Shown here piece after piece: positions 1 to 9,698 of a stretch of DNA of 64,000 nt (position 1 is the stretch's first letter; each line of letters starts with the position of its first letter). The position numbers and the translations under genes were made by a program. Source of the stretch: an uncultured Alphaproteobacteria bacterium (GTDB taxonomy: Bacteria; Pseudomonadota; Alphaproteobacteria; RF32; CAG-239); assembly GCA_944391715.1 (NCBI GenBank), contig CALXUP010000001.1, positions 100,676 through 164,675 of the forward strand, in the 5' to 3' direction. The notes below the pieces were generated by a model. The model did no database searches and had not been told where the DNA came from. It saw only the letters and a list, made by a program, of their open reading frames with translations.

Positions 1-1958
1 CTTAGAGCTTTGGGACCGAAATTGGCAGACAGTTCGTTGTATTTGAAGTCTAACGAATCTTTATCGAGTTTGAAACGGTAGTTTAAATCAAGGTACTGAC
101 TGGGAGAGGCGTTAATACGTCCGACATAATCGCTGAAACGGCCGCTTTGGTCATCGCTGGTGCTGAAACTGCTGGTCTTGTCGAAATTGTAGCTTTGGGC
201 AATGAAGGCTGAAGTCCGGCCGGTGCGGTTGCCGTAAGCACTCCAGTTTAATCCGTAGCTGATGCGGCTGCCGGTATCATTGCGATCATAACCGGCATAG
301 CGGTCGATATCCAAAATGTTGGTGTCGTCAAGTTCAACGTCCTGGCTGTCGTCATTGGGTATTTTGTCCAGTTTGTTTCCGCCGTTTGGGGCGGCAACGG
401 CGACAATCGTCGGCTCGATAATCTGGCGTGATGTTTCAGTGGCACGGATGAACGGCAATTTCCATTCTAAGCCCAATTGTGGGAAAACGCGAGCAACTCC
501 GCCGTCAAAGGTTTCTCCTTTGTAGTTTTTATAGTCATCTATGTTATATAAGTCGGATTTTACGGAAGCCATTAAGCGGTATTTTTCACCATATTCGCTG
601 GTATAAGGCAATACCCAGGAATTTATCATGGAAATACGCTGGCTGGAATTTTCATCGTCCCGGCTGATGACTGCACCATTGAACGTATTTTTGTTGTAAG
701 CGCCGTAAGGTCCGATTTCTCCGATATTTTCGTAATTGAACCACGGCATAATCAACGGTTTGTCGATTTCTTTTAAATCGTAGCTTAGAAGTTTATAGGT
801 GTAAGCTTCAATGGCAGCATAGTTTCGAAAATCAAAACCTTCGAGTTTGGCACTTGATGTCAGCCAGGCATCGTCTTTTTTGGGCAAAGACATATCTTTC
901 AGATATGCTCTGTCAGATGCATAGTTGATGTCAAGATTGCCGACCCAGTAATCGTTAAGTTCATAACGTCCGGTCATAAATAAACTGCCGCGCTGGCGGT
1001 CATCATCGTCATCTTTCAGGTAGGTTCCGGTCGCTTCAACTTCTCCGTTGGTAAAATACTGGCTATAGGTACCACTTTGAACAATTCCGTGGTCGCTGCT
1101 TAAAATCGGCGAGTAGAGAAAATTCTGGTTGGGGGAAATATCCCAAAAGTATTTTGGCTGAATAGCGGCTCCGAGATAAGAGTTGCTACGGAAACTTGGC
1201 ATTAAAAATCCACTGCGGCTTTTTACCGTCGGATCAGGATGCGAGAAAAACGGTGTGTAAAATATTGGAACACCTTTGAGCTCTATGGTTGCATTTTGGT
1301 AGTTAACATTTTTGGCTTCGGCATCATGTTGGACTTTGGTGGCTTTTATCTGCCAGAGGGGATCTTTGCCGGCACAGACGTCGCAAGGCGTGTAAACGGC
1401 GTTTGTCATCAGCTTGTTGTCTTTGGCAAGCCGGCGGAATTTGGTTGCGGCAATGCGGGCCTTGTTTTGCATAATAACTTTGATGTTATCCATTGACCCC
1501 TGGGTCATTTGATCCGTTAATTCAACATAATCGGAGAAAACAACGTTTCCGTCTTTTTCAACCAAAATGACGTTGCCGGTAGCAGTTACAATATCTTCTT
1601 TTTGATTGTAAATGACTTTATCGGCAATAAGGGTCAGATTGTTTCTGATGATGTTGACATTGCCTGTAGCAGTTACAACTTGCATTTCCTGGTTATTTTC
1701 AACTTCATCAGCGCTGAAATATATTTCGGTTTCTTCTTCTTTGTTTTTTTCTTCCGGTGTACTCAGTACCGACGTTATATTCATTTGAGGAGCTATGCTG
1801 GCCTGATAAGTCGGTTTTTCCGGCTTTTGCAAAACAGTTCCCGCTTCTTTTTTCAGCGGGTCTTTTTTATTTATCGAATCTTCCTCGGCAGAGGCATTGT
1901 TGCTTATGCAGGATAGTAAGGCCAGAGTGCATATCCAGAGAAGGCTTTTTTTAGGCAT
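1..1958 (-). CDS. lptD: LPS-assembly outer-membrane protein LptD (OstA), C-terminally truncated by the window edge. The ATG is at 1956-1958 on the minus strand, and the N-terminus MPKKSLLWICTLALLSCISNNASA is a signal peptide.
   Basis: Hand translation of the minus strand gives an uninterrupted ~650-aa Y/N/D/G-rich beta-barrel-like protein. It lies immediately downstream of an LptF/G-family permease (2-bp gap), the usual lptG-lptD arrangement. It is absent from the ORF track only because it runs off the window. Confidence 0.8.
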   Translation of the reverse strand, partial: MPKKSLLWICTLALLSCISNNASAEEDSINKKDPLKKEAGTVLQKPEKPTYQASIAPQMNITSVLSTPEEKNKEEETEIYFSADEVENNQEMQVVTATGNVNIIRNNLTLIADKVIYNQKEDIVTATGNVILVEKDGNVVFSDYVELTDQMTQGSMDNIKVIMQNKARIAATKFRRLAKDNKLMTNAVYTPCDVCAGKDPLWQIKATKVQHDAEAKNVNYQNATIELKGVPIFYTPFFSHPDPTVKSRSGFLMPSFRSNSYLGAAIQPKYFWDISPNQNFLYSPILSSDHGIVQSGTYSQYFTNGEVEATGTYLKDDDDDRQRGSLFMTGRYELNDYWVGNLDINYASDRAYLKDMSLPKKDDAWLTSSAKLEGFDFRNYAAIEAYTYKLLSYDLKEIDKPLIMPWFNYENIGEIGPYGAYNKNTFNGAVISRDDENSSQRISMINSWVLPYTSEYGEKYRLMASVKSDLYNIDDYKNYKGETFDGGVARVFPQLGLEWKLPFIRATETSRQIIEPTIVAVAAPNGGNKLDKIPNDDSQDVELDDTNILDIDRYAGYDRNDTGSRISYGLNWSAYGNRTGRTSAFIAQSYNFDKTSSFSTSDDQSGRFSDYVGRINASPSQYLDLNYRFKLDKDSLDFKYNELSANFGPKAL

Positions 1959-3096
1959 CGGCAATCTCCGGCGGATGGCGGCGTTTGGCAAACATTCCCG
2001 GTGTATAAAACAGCAGCAGGTAAACGCAGACGATAAAGGGAAGGATGAGGTTGATATACATCAACGGCAGCAGGCTGAGACTTTTGGCCGCAAGGTTGCC
2101 AAACGACAAATCCATAGCCTGTAGGAGAACCATGGCGATAATGCTGACGGAGATAATCCGGCTTTGTCCGCGGCGGTTGAAATTGCCGACCAGTAATCCG
2201 GTACAGCCCAAAAGAGCAAAAACGATATTATAAAAAGGGTTGATAATCCGGCGGTGTCCTTCGACAACGTAACGGCGTTGATCTTTGGGGGACAAAGAAG
2301 GATCGTTTTGGGCGTTCAAAAGTTCAAAAAAGCCTTTTTCCCGGGCGCTGGTGTCTTTGTCTTTTTTGTTGCCGCTCAATCCGAAATCTACGGAATAACG
2401 CTCAAAAGCCAAAGAAGAAAACTGGCTGCCGTTTTTGCTGAGCTCCTGGCGGGAACCGTTGACCATGATGATTTTGGGGCCTTTGTCGGTGTAAACAACA
2501 CGCCCTTTTTCAGCGGAGATGGTCGTCCGGTTTTGCGGATTACGTTCGTCATTTACCAAAATGCCGGACATTGAGCCGTCTTTTTCATGCGTGGTAATAA
2601 ATACGGTCAGGCCGTTTTGCAAATCAGTGAATTCGCCTTCGCGGAACATCAGGTGTGAAACGTCGTTTTTTATTTGCCATTCCAGTTCGTTAAAAGCCTT
2701 TTCGGCTGCCGGAATTCCGTAGTTATAGGTATAAACGTTGATGACGTATAAGAATATTCCGATTATCAGCGCCGGTTTGGCTCCCTGCCACGGGCTGATG
2801 CCGGCCGATTTGATGACAACAAGCTCCCGGTCGCCGAGCATCCGGTTATATACAAACAATACCGCAACAAAAGCGCATATCGGAGACAACAGCACAAACA
2901 AGCGCGGCATCAGCAGTGAAGTCAGTTTTACAAAAATTCCGACGGGGATGCCTTTGTTGGTGATCAAATCTACAAAGCGCAACGACTGCGTCAGCCATAA
3001 GATGGAGAGCAGCGAAAAAGTTACCAGCAGAAACCCGATAAAAATTTGTTTTACTATGTAGCGGTTTAGTTTTTTCATAAGCGGAATTATAAACAA
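1951..3096 (-). CDS. LptF/LptG-family LPS export permease (YjgP/YjgQ). Probably the lptG-like member, since it abuts lptD.
   Basis: 381-aa multi-TM protein. The N-terminus MKKLNRYIVKQIFIGFLLVTFSLLSILWL matches the family and a periplasmic beta-jellyroll insert is present. Synteny with lptD. Confidence 0.85.
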   Translation of the reverse strand: MFIIPLMKKLNRYIVKQIFIGFLLVTFSLLSILWLTQSLRFVDLITNKGIPVGIFVKLTSLLMPRLFVLLSPICAFVAVLFVYNRMLGDRELVVIKSAGISPWQGAKPALIIGIFLYVINVYTYNYGIPAAEKAFNELEWQIKNDVSHLMFREGEFTDLQNGLTVFITTHEKDGSMSGILVNDERNPQNRTTISAEKGRVVYTDKGPKIIMVNGSRQELSKNGSQFSSLAFERYSVDFGLSGNKKDKDTSAREKGFFELLNAQNDPSLSPKDQRRYVVEGHRRIINPFYNIVFALLGCTGLLVGNFNRRGQSRIISVSIIAMVLLQAMDLSFGNLAAKSLSLLPLMYINLILPFIVCVYLLLFYTPGMFAKRRHPPEIADA

Positions 3097-3154
3097 AATT
3101 ATTAATAAAAAAACAATTTTTTTTATCTTTTTTGTGTCTTTTCAGGTTTTTTTG

Positions 3155-4063
3155 CTATTTCTTGGAAACTTTTTCCGGCAAGCGGTTGTAAATCAGGCCG
3201 CTTAACCGTTCGGGAAGAACCGAAACCAGCCAGGCACCGAATCTGAGCGGCCAGGGAAAAGATATGAGTCCGATGTTTTTTTCAATCCGTTCCGCAATAA
3301 CGGCTGCGGCTTTTTCCGCCGGCATAAAAAACGGCATCGGGCAGGTGTTTTGGTCGGTAATCCGGGATTTTACGAATCCGGGGCAAATGACGCTGACATT
3401 TATGCCCAGAGGTTTCAAACGTCCCCGCAATGCAGCACCCCAAGCCTTGACGCAGGCTTTTGAGGCCGAGTAGGAAGGACAGGCCGACAAGCCGTGGTAT
3501 CCGGCAATCGAGCTGACGATTGCAATGGCTTTGCGGTCGCTTTTATATAGTTCACAACCAATGTCGCCAAGATATTTTTTGCTGAACATATCGCGGAAAA
3601 AGGCTCTTTTTTTGGCTTTTGTCCGGGCAATAAACTGATCCAGAGAAGAATTCTGGTTTTGTCTGGAAAGGCGTTCCCGACGGTCTTGATAAATTTTAAC
3701 GGCGGGAAGCACCGTGTTGATGACGCCGAAAATATTGATGTTAAATGTATTGTATATATTTTCTTCCGTTTCGGTAACGGCCGCGACTCCGGCGTTGGCG
3801 ATAACCAGATTGATGTCGGCGATTTTTTCGCATTGTTCCATCCAAGTCTTTGTTTGCAGTCGGTCGGTAACGTCTATGACGGAAGCATATACGGCAGTTT
3901 CATATTTTTGGCAAAGAACGCGAGTTTCATTGAGCCTTTCTTCGTTTCGTCCGCAGATAAAGAGGTTTTTGGCGCCGTTTTGGGCATAATAAAGCGCTAA
4001 AGCCCGGCCAATTCCGCTGCTGGCGCCGGTAATCAGAATATTTTGGCCTTTTTTAATCATATC
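3155..4063 (-). CDS. Short-chain dehydrogenase/reductase (SDR) family oxidoreductase. The likely start is the internal M at 4063 (MIKKGQNILITGASSGIGR).
   Basis: TGASSGIGR glycine-rich NAD(P) motif near the N-terminus, plus SDR catalytic signature context (S...YxASK: YSASKACV). Confidence 0.85.
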   Translation of the reverse strand, partial: DMIKKGQNILITGASSGIGRALALYYAQNGAKNLFICGRNEERLNETRVLCQKYETAVYASVIDVTDRLQTKTWMEQCEKIADINLVIANAGVAAVTETEENIYNTFNINIFGVINTVLPAVKIYQDRRERLSRQNQNSSLDQFIARTKAKKRAFFRDMFSKKYLGDIGCELYKSDRKAIAIVSSIAGYHGLSACPSYSASKACVKAWGAALRGRLKPLGINVSVICPGFVKSRITDQNTCPMPFFMPAEKAAAVIAERIEKNIGLISFPWPLRFGAWLVSVLPERLSGLIYNRLPEKVSKK

Positions 4064-4151
4064 TTCCTCAAAAAGTAAAAGCTTGTTAATGATTATCAGG
4101 TATATTATCAAAAAATTTTTAACAGGAGATTATATTTTGTATATATCCAGT

Positions 4152-5042
4152 ATGACCGGTTTTGCAAGAAAAAACAGCAGTTATTCCGCCGGTAAAATTG
4201 AATATTCCTGGATTTGGGAAATAAAGTCCGTTAACGGAAAAGCTTTGGACGTGAAAGCCAAATTGCCGGCGAATCTTGAAGGTTTGAGCCTTTTACTGAA
4301 AAATGCCGCCGGTGAGGTATTGCACCGGGGCAGTATCAGTGCCTTTTTGGAATTGTCGGCTGCCGGGAGTGAGCAGAATATCCGGATTAATAAAGATCTG
4401 ATGCGTGAGTTGGCGGCAGCAGCGGCGGATTTGTATGAAGAGAGCGAAGGCAGGCTGGAAAAGCCTTCCGCTTCGGATATTCTCGGTATTAAAGGCGTGG
4501 TGGAAATTGAGGAATATCTGCCGGATGAAGAAGAGCAGGAGAAACTGCAACAGGCTTTGCTGCAGTCTTTTACCGAAACTTGCCGGGATCTTCAAACGAA
4601 TCGGGAAGCTGAAGGAAACAGGATTAAGAATGTATTGTCGGGGATTTTGAGACAAATCCGAGAAAATGTCTTAAAAGCAGAAGAAATTGCTTCCGGTTTG
4701 CCGGATGTTTTGAAACAAAAATTAAAAGAGCAGATTTCTTTATTGCTGGAACCTTTGGAAGGAATCAGCGAAGACCGTTTGGCGCAGGAAGTTGTTTTGC
4801 TGGTGAACCGCAGTGACGTGAGAGAAGAACTTGACCGTCTGAAAGCTCATATCCGGGCGGCGGAAGAAATGTTGGAGCAAGGCGGCGTTGTCGGTCGGCG
4901 GTTGGATTTTTTATGCCAGGAACTTAACCGGGAAGCCAATACGCTGTGTTCAAAATCAGCGGATACCGGGCTGACGAATCTGGGAATGGATTTGAAGGTT
5001 CTGATTGAACAATTCAGGGAACAAGTGCAAAATATCGAATGA
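4152..5042 (+). CDS. yicC: YicC-family stress-induced protein. The ORF opens at 4083 but the family-typical start is MTGFARK at 4152.
   Basis: The N-terminus MTGFARK... is typical of YicC_N, the C-terminal half is coiled-coil, and it sits immediately upstream of gmk (classic yicC-gmk pair). Confidence 0.8.
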   Translation: MTGFARKNSSYSAGKIEYSWIWEIKSVNGKALDVKAKLPANLEGLSLLLKNAAGEVLHRGSISAFLELSAAGSEQNIRINKDLMRELAAAAADLYEESEGRLEKPSASDILGIKGVVEIEEYLPDEEEQEKLQQALLQSFTETCRDLQTNREAEGNRIKNVLSGILRQIRENVLKAEEIASGLPDVLKQKLKEQISLLLEPLEGISEDRLAQEVVLLVNRSDVREELDRLKAHIRAAEEMLEQGGVVGRRLDFLCQELNREANTLCSKSADTGLTNLGMDLKVLIEQFREQVQNIE

Positions 5043-5049
5043 GGTTAAT

Positions 5050-5715
5050 ATGTCTGAAGTTATAGAAAGATTGAAACAAGTCCGTAAGGGGGCAATGTTT
5101 ATTATTGAAGGGCCTTCGGGAATCGGCAAAGGAACGGTTGTCAAAGAGCTGTTAAAGCGTGACAGCAACATCAAGTTTTCCGTTTCGGTAACAACCCGGG
5201 AAAAACGGGTCGGAGAGCAAGACGGCGTGGATTATTATTTTATCAATGACCAGCAGTATGACGAATTTTTGGTGCAAGATGCTTTTTATGAATATGTCAA
5301 TTCGGAATACGGTCCGCGTTACGGGACGCTGCGTTCCGAAGTTGACAGTTTTATCAATGTCGGACAGGACGTGTTGTTTGACATGGACTGGCTCGGTGCC
5401 CGCCAGATGCGCGAAAAAGCCAAAGACGACGTGGTAACGATTTATCTTCTCCCTCCGTCGATTAAAGTTTTGCGTGAACGGCTGGAAAAGCGCGGGACAG
5501 ATTCAAAAGAGACAATAGAAAAGAGAATGAGCGTTCTTTTGGACAAGATGAGCCATTGGAATGAGTTTGATTATGTGATTGTAAACGAGAATCTGGAAGA
5601 TACGGTGTTTAAAATCCAAAAGATTATTTCCGGAGAAAGAATGAAGAGAGTCCGCCAGATAGGGCTGCCCGGTTTTGTTAAAGAACTGGTGGAAGAGGCC
5701 AAAGGCGGAAAATAG
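5050..5715 (+). CDS. gmk: Guanylate kinase
   Basis: P-loop EGPSGIGKGT, the TTREKRVGEQDGVDYYFI GMP-binding motif, an RBS-like GAGG 9 nt upstream of the ATG at 5050, and synteny with yicC. Confidence 0.9.
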   Translation: MSEVIERLKQVRKGAMFIIEGPSGIGKGTVVKELLKRDSNIKFSVSVTTREKRVGEQDGVDYYFINDQQYDEFLVQDAFYEYVNSEYGPRYGTLRSEVDSFINVGQDVLFDMDWLGARQMREKAKDDVVTIYLLPPSIKVLRERLEKRGTDSKETIEKRMSVLLDKMSHWNEFDYVIVNENLEDTVFKIQKIISGERMKRVRQIGLPGFVKELVEEAKGGK

Positions 5716-5718
5716 CGT

Positions 5719-6303
5719 TTATTGTCCGGTTTCTTCTTCCGGCGGAATGTATGCTTTAATCTGCTGCCGTTGTTCGGGTTTCATAACCTTATAAACAGCG
5801 GCGGCATTTTTTTCGGCTTCCGGAACTTTCAGAAAAATGGCTTGTTGATATAGATTAAATGCGTGAACCAAATCCTGAGGGATTCCGATGCCGCGGGCGT
5901 TCATCCAGGCATAAATCTCAACGGCGTGCGGGTCATTGTCGGCAACGCGCATCAGAATCTCGTCCAGCTCAACCGGTGTGACGCGGTTTTCTTTGACGGC
6001 GCGGATTGCATTGTCCCATTTACGCTGGCGGGCAATTCTGGCTTCTTCTTCAATTTTATATTTATCTATTAACGGGATTTGATAGGGTGAGATTGCCGGT
6101 TCTTCAGCTTTGATGGCAAGCGGCGTTTCGGTAATGCCGTCTTCAATTAAAACATCGGGAATTTTGCGGTTTTTTACATAAAGCGGCAGATAGCCTTCGT
6201 TATCGGATTTTACCAAGTCGCGGTAAATCTCGTCCAAACTGGTGCTGTGCGCCGGTTTGACGAACAAAAAGGCGAGAAGTGTAAGAAATGCCAGCTTTTT
6301 CAT
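5719..6303 (-). CDS. Secreted hypothetical protein with a Sel1/TPR-like repeat
   Basis: N-terminal signal peptide MKKLAFLTLLAFLFVKPAHS. The segment YAWMNARGIGIPQDLVHAFNLYQQAI resembles a Sel1 repeat. Confidence 0.55.
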   Translation of the reverse strand: MKKLAFLTLLAFLFVKPAHSTSLDEIYRDLVKSDNEGYLPLYVKNRKIPDVLIEDGITETPLAIKAEEPAISPYQIPLIDKYKIEEEARIARQRKWDNAIRAVKENRVTPVELDEILMRVADNDPHAVEIYAWMNARGIGIPQDLVHAFNLYQQAIFLKVPEAEKNAAAVYKVMKPEQRQQIKAYIPPEEETGQ

Positions 6304-6429
6304 TTTCCTTGTGTCTTTTTCCTTAATTTTATTGTAATACTACTCAAGACTTGCTACATATTAAAGCAATATTTATGGCTTATAAACAAGGCGCAATATG
6401 ATTTTTTATCAGGCCGCCGGGAGGTAAAA

Positions 6430-7359
6430 ATGAAAAAAATTTATAATTCGATTACGGAAATGGTCGGGCGTACACCGTTGCTCAAACTTTCCCGTTTGGC
6501 AAAGAAATATAAACTGAAAGCTCGTCTTTTGGGAAAATGTGAGGCTTATAACCCGGTATTTTCAATTAAAGACCGGGTGGCCAAACAAATGCTTGAAACG
6601 GCCGAAAAATCGGGAAAAGTCAATGCGGAGACCGTTTTTGTGGAGGCAACATCCGGCAATACCGGGATTGCTTTGGCGGCCATGTGTGCGGCAAAAGGGT
6701 ATAAGCTGGTGATTACCATGCCGGAGAATATGTCAAAAGAACGAATTATGTTGATGCGTCTGTTTGGAACGGAAGTGATATTGACTCCGGCGGAAGACGG
6801 AATGGCTGGTGCTATTGCCAAAGCTGATATGCTGGCGGAAAAGAATCGGAACGTTATTTTGCTGAGGCAATTTGAGAATCAGGCTAATCCGGATGCGCAC
6901 AAGTTTGGAACCGGTATTGAAATTTTTGAGGATACCGGCGGCGAAGTGGATGCGGTTGTTATTGCAGTCGGTACGGCCGGGACTTTAAACGGTGTGGCAT
7001 CAACTTTGAAGAGTTATAATCCGGAGCTTTTTGTGGCAGCTGTTGAGCCGAAAAGCAGTGCGGTATTGAGCGGAGGAGAAAAGGGCGCGCATAAAATTCC
7101 GGGTATCGGCGCCGGTTTTGTTCCGAAATTTTATGATGCGGGGTTGGTTGATGAAATTTTTGACATTTCTGATGAGGCGGCGGCCGAAACGGCCAAAGAA
7201 TGTGCCCGGACGGAAGGGCTGCCAATCGGCATTTCCGCCGGTGCGGCGCTGGCAGCAGCTCTTGAACTCGGACAGCGTGATGAGATGAAAGGCAAAGTAA
7301 TTGTTGCTATTTTGCCTGATTCTGCCGAAAGATATCTTTCAACCGGATTTTTGGATTAG
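6430..7359 (+). CDS. cysK: Cysteine synthase A (O-acetylserine sulfhydrylase). The real start is MKKIYNS at 6430; the listed ORF opens earlier.
   Basis: PLP-lysine motif SIKDR, a glycine-rich loop, full-length similarity to the CysK/CysM fold, and an RBS GGAGG upstream of 6430. Confidence 0.9.
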   Translation: MKKIYNSITEMVGRTPLLKLSRLAKKYKLKARLLGKCEAYNPVFSIKDRVAKQMLETAEKSGKVNAETVFVEATSGNTGIALAAMCAAKGYKLVITMPENMSKERIMLMRLFGTEVILTPAEDGMAGAIAKADMLAEKNRNVILLRQFENQANPDAHKFGTGIEIFEDTGGEVDAVVIAVGTAGTLNGVASTLKSYNPELFVAAVEPKSSAVLSGGEKGAHKIPGIGAGFVPKFYDAGLVDEIFDISDEAAAETAKECARTEGLPIGISAGAALAAALELGQRDEMKGKVIVAILPDSAERYLSTGFLD

Positions 7360-7369
7360 GAAGCAAAAT

Positions 7370-8296
7370 ATGTTATTTCACAGGGTTGCAATTGTCGGTA
7401 TCGGGCTGATCGGCTCGTCTTTGGCAAGAGTTCTTAAACATAACCGTTTGGCGGAAACAATAGTTGTTTACGACAAGAATCCGGAATATGGAAAAAAAGC
7501 CGTGGAAATCGGCGTTGCGGATGAAAATTCGGAAAGTGCGGCCGTAGCCGCTGCCGGAGCTGATCTTGTTGTTCTTTCAACCCCGGTCGGTGCTTATGGC
7601 GAAATCAGCAAAGAGATTATGCCGGTTTTGAAAAAAGGAACAATTGTTACCGATGTCGGTTCGGTTAAAAAATACGCCATTGCAGAAATAGAAAAGCATA
7701 TTCCGGCAGACAGAGGCATTGTTTATATTCCCGGGCATCCGGTAGCCGGTACGGAAAAATCCGGGCCGGAAGCCGGTTTTTTGGAATTGTTTGAAGGGCG
7801 CTGGTGCATTTTGACGCCCGGAAAATTTGCAACACCGGAGGCGCTGGAAAAAATTTCTGAAATGTGGCGGGCAGCCAAAATGAAAATTGATACCATGACG
7901 CCCGAACATCATGATAAGGTGATGGCGGCGGTTTCGCATCTTCCGCACCTGATTGCCTTTTCCATTGTCGGGACGGTGGCTGATTTGGAGGGCTATGAAC
8001 AGCAGGAAATTATTAAATATTCTGCTTCCGGTTTTCGGGATTTTACCCGTATTGCCGGTTCTGATCCGACAATGTGGCGGGATATTCTGCTGAATAATAA
8101 AGAAACAATTTTGGAGCTTATTCAACGCTTTGTTGAAGATTTGATTGCTTTGGAACGCAATATCCGCTGGGATGAAGGAAACAAACTGTTTGAGCTTTTT
8201 TCCCGGACGCAGAAAATCCGCAAAGAGGTTATTGAGGCCAAGCAAGACCAGCCGGAAATTGAGAAGAAGATTTTGGCCGAAATTAACCGCGAATAA
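7370..8296 (+). CDS. tyrA: Prephenate/cyclohexadienyl dehydrogenase (TyrA family)
   Basis: Rossmann motif VAIVGIGLIGSS at the N-terminus and a prephenate dehydrogenase C-terminal domain pattern (HDKVMAAVSHLPH). Confidence 0.85.
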   Translation: MLFHRVAIVGIGLIGSSLARVLKHNRLAETIVVYDKNPEYGKKAVEIGVADENSESAAVAAAGADLVVLSTPVGAYGEISKEIMPVLKKGTIVTDVGSVKKYAIAEIEKHIPADRGIVYIPGHPVAGTEKSGPEAGFLELFEGRWCILTPGKFATPEALEKISEMWRAAKMKIDTMTPEHHDKVMAAVSHLPHLIAFSIVGTVADLEGYEQQEIIKYSASGFRDFTRIAGSDPTMWRDILLNNKETILELIQRFVEDLIALERNIRWDEGNKLFELFSRTQKIRKEVIEAKQDQPEIEKKILAEINRE

Positions 8297-8360
8297 TAGT
8301 CTTGATAAATAAAAGATTATTTTATATTCTGAACAGAAACGAACTAACGATTGGATAACA

Positions 8361-9467
8361 ATGAACCCGCAGTCTATTCTTGGAAGATATCTGACCAAAC
8401 AGATTATTTACAATTTTCTTGCCGTTTTGCTGATGGTAATCGGAATTGTTATGCTGTTTGAAGTCGTTGAACTGTTGCGCCGGGCTTCCGGCCGGGACGA
8501 TGCGTCTTTCGGCCTGATTATGGAGATGGCTTTTACCAAACTGCCGAAAACCGTGGAAATGGTTTTTCCGTTTGTGATGATGATTGCGGCCATGATTACG
8601 TTTTGGAAACTCAGCAAAAGTAATGAATTTGTGATTATCCGGAGTGCGGGCGTGTCTATCTGGGGTTTTCTGGCGCCGGTTCTTTTGGCAACGTTTTTGG
8701 TCGGGGTGGTCAATGTTACGGTGGTTAATCCGATTTCTGCCCGGATGAATGAATTGTACGAGACGCTGAATTATCGTTTTAAAACACGTAATCCGAAAGC
8801 TGTTCTTTTTTCTGAAAAAGGGTTGTGGCTGCGGGAGGCAATCAGCGCCGATAAGTTTCTTTATCTGCAGGCAAAATCCGTCCGGCAGGAACAAGATACA
8901 TTATTTTTGCGCGGCGTAACGATTTTGGAGATGAGCAGGGAATCGCAGAATTTGCGCCGGATTGAGGCTTATGCCGCCAATTTGAAGGATGATGTGTTTG
9001 AACTGATTAACGTTAAAATTTATGAGCCCGGAAAGCCAACCGTGTCGCAAGACAGGCTTATGTATAAAACAACCTTGACAATAGAAAGGATAAAAGAAAA
9101 TTTTGTTGAGCCGGAATCTATCTCTTTTTGGGATTTGCCGGATACAATCCATTTTTATGAGATGTCGGGCTTTTCGGCGCAAAAACACCGACTGCGTTAT
9201 TTGTCCCTGCTGGCCTCGCCTTTTCTGCTTTGTTCCATGGTTTTGGTGGCGGCGGTTTTTGCCTTGCGGCCGAATAACCGGCGCGGCGGTGTGATGTATC
9301 TGATTGTCGGCGGGCTTTCTACCGGTTTTATCGTCTATTTTATGTCGCAAGTAATTTATGCTTTCGGAATCAATAATATTATCCCCGGTTTTTTGGCGGT
9401 TTGGACGCCGGCGCTGATTGTGATGATGATTAGCGTGTCGGTTCTCCTCCATCTCGAGGACGGGTAA
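8361..9467 (+). CDS. LptF/LptG-family LPS export permease, the second paralog
   Basis: 368 aa with the same YjgP/YjgQ architecture as 1951..3096 (N-terminal TM bundle, periplasmic domain, C-terminal TMs). Its stop codon is abutted by a MITE-like repeat. Confidence 0.85.
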   Translation: MNPQSILGRYLTKQIIYNFLAVLLMVIGIVMLFEVVELLRRASGRDDASFGLIMEMAFTKLPKTVEMVFPFVMMIAAMITFWKLSKSNEFVIIRSAGVSIWGFLAPVLLATFLVGVVNVTVVNPISARMNELYETLNYRFKTRNPKAVLFSEKGLWLREAISADKFLYLQAKSVRQEQDTLFLRGVTILEMSRESQNLRRIEAYAANLKDDVFELINVKIYEPGKPTVSQDRLMYKTTLTIERIKENFVEPESISFWDLPDTIHFYEMSGFSAQKHRLRYLSLLASPFLLCSMVLVAAVFALRPNNRRGGVMYLIVGGLSTGFIVYFMSQVIYAFGINNIIPGFLAVWTPALIVMMISVSVLLHLEDG

Positions 9468-9698
9468 AAACTGCGCAATACGGACGCCTAATACAGAAAA
9501 GGAAAATCCGGCTAAGTTACGTACGTCTATGTACGCGCCTGTCGCCGGATTTTCCTTTTCTTATTATCCGTCTTAGGTATCTAGGCGCGCTGCGGTTGCT
9601 AACGCTTTCCTAGCTTGCCAAGATGTTCCAAAGAGCTTGCAGACAAAAACAACCGGAGCAGCGGTTGTTTTTACTTAGCGCTTCTATCGCAGTTTTTA
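9465..9698. mobile_element. Complete MITE-like palindromic element, long form (R1+R2 modules, ~234 bp), bounded by the TIRs TAAAAACTGCG / CGCAGTTTTTA. Its first TAA is the lptF-like stop codon.
   Basis: Near-identical to the copy at 17832..18064. The 11-bp terminal inverted repeats are read directly. Internal hairpins sit at 9497-9558 and 9646-9673. Confidence 0.8.
9646..9673. terminator. Bidirectional rho-independent terminator-like hairpin carried inside the repeat (aaaaacaaccg-gagcag-cggttgttttt)
   Basis: 11-bp perfect stem and 6-nt loop, with A-run and T-run flanks giving U-tracts on both strands. The same hairpin recurs at ~9849-9876 and ~18017-18044. Confidence 0.6.

Noticed and set aside
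4405-4650. 81-aa basic ORF inside yicC in another frame (the minus ORF 4293..4655 is similar)
   Set aside because: Internal alternative-frame ORFs within a well-supported gene.
7577-8398. 273-aa minus-strand ORF overlapping tyrA
   Set aside because: Antisense shadow ORF of the prephenate dehydrogenase gene, with F/N/R-rich low-complexity composition.
8322-8894. 190-aa His/Arg-rich minus-strand ORF overlapping the LptF/G-family gene
   Set aside because: Antisense to a well-supported permease CDS, with low-complexity basic composition. An artefact of reverse-strand reading.
9540-9572. TTATCCGTC in the repeat resembles a DnaA box (TTATCCACA)
   Set aside because: It has two mismatches to the consensus in the critical CACA positions and occurs once per element rather than in an oriC-like cluster.
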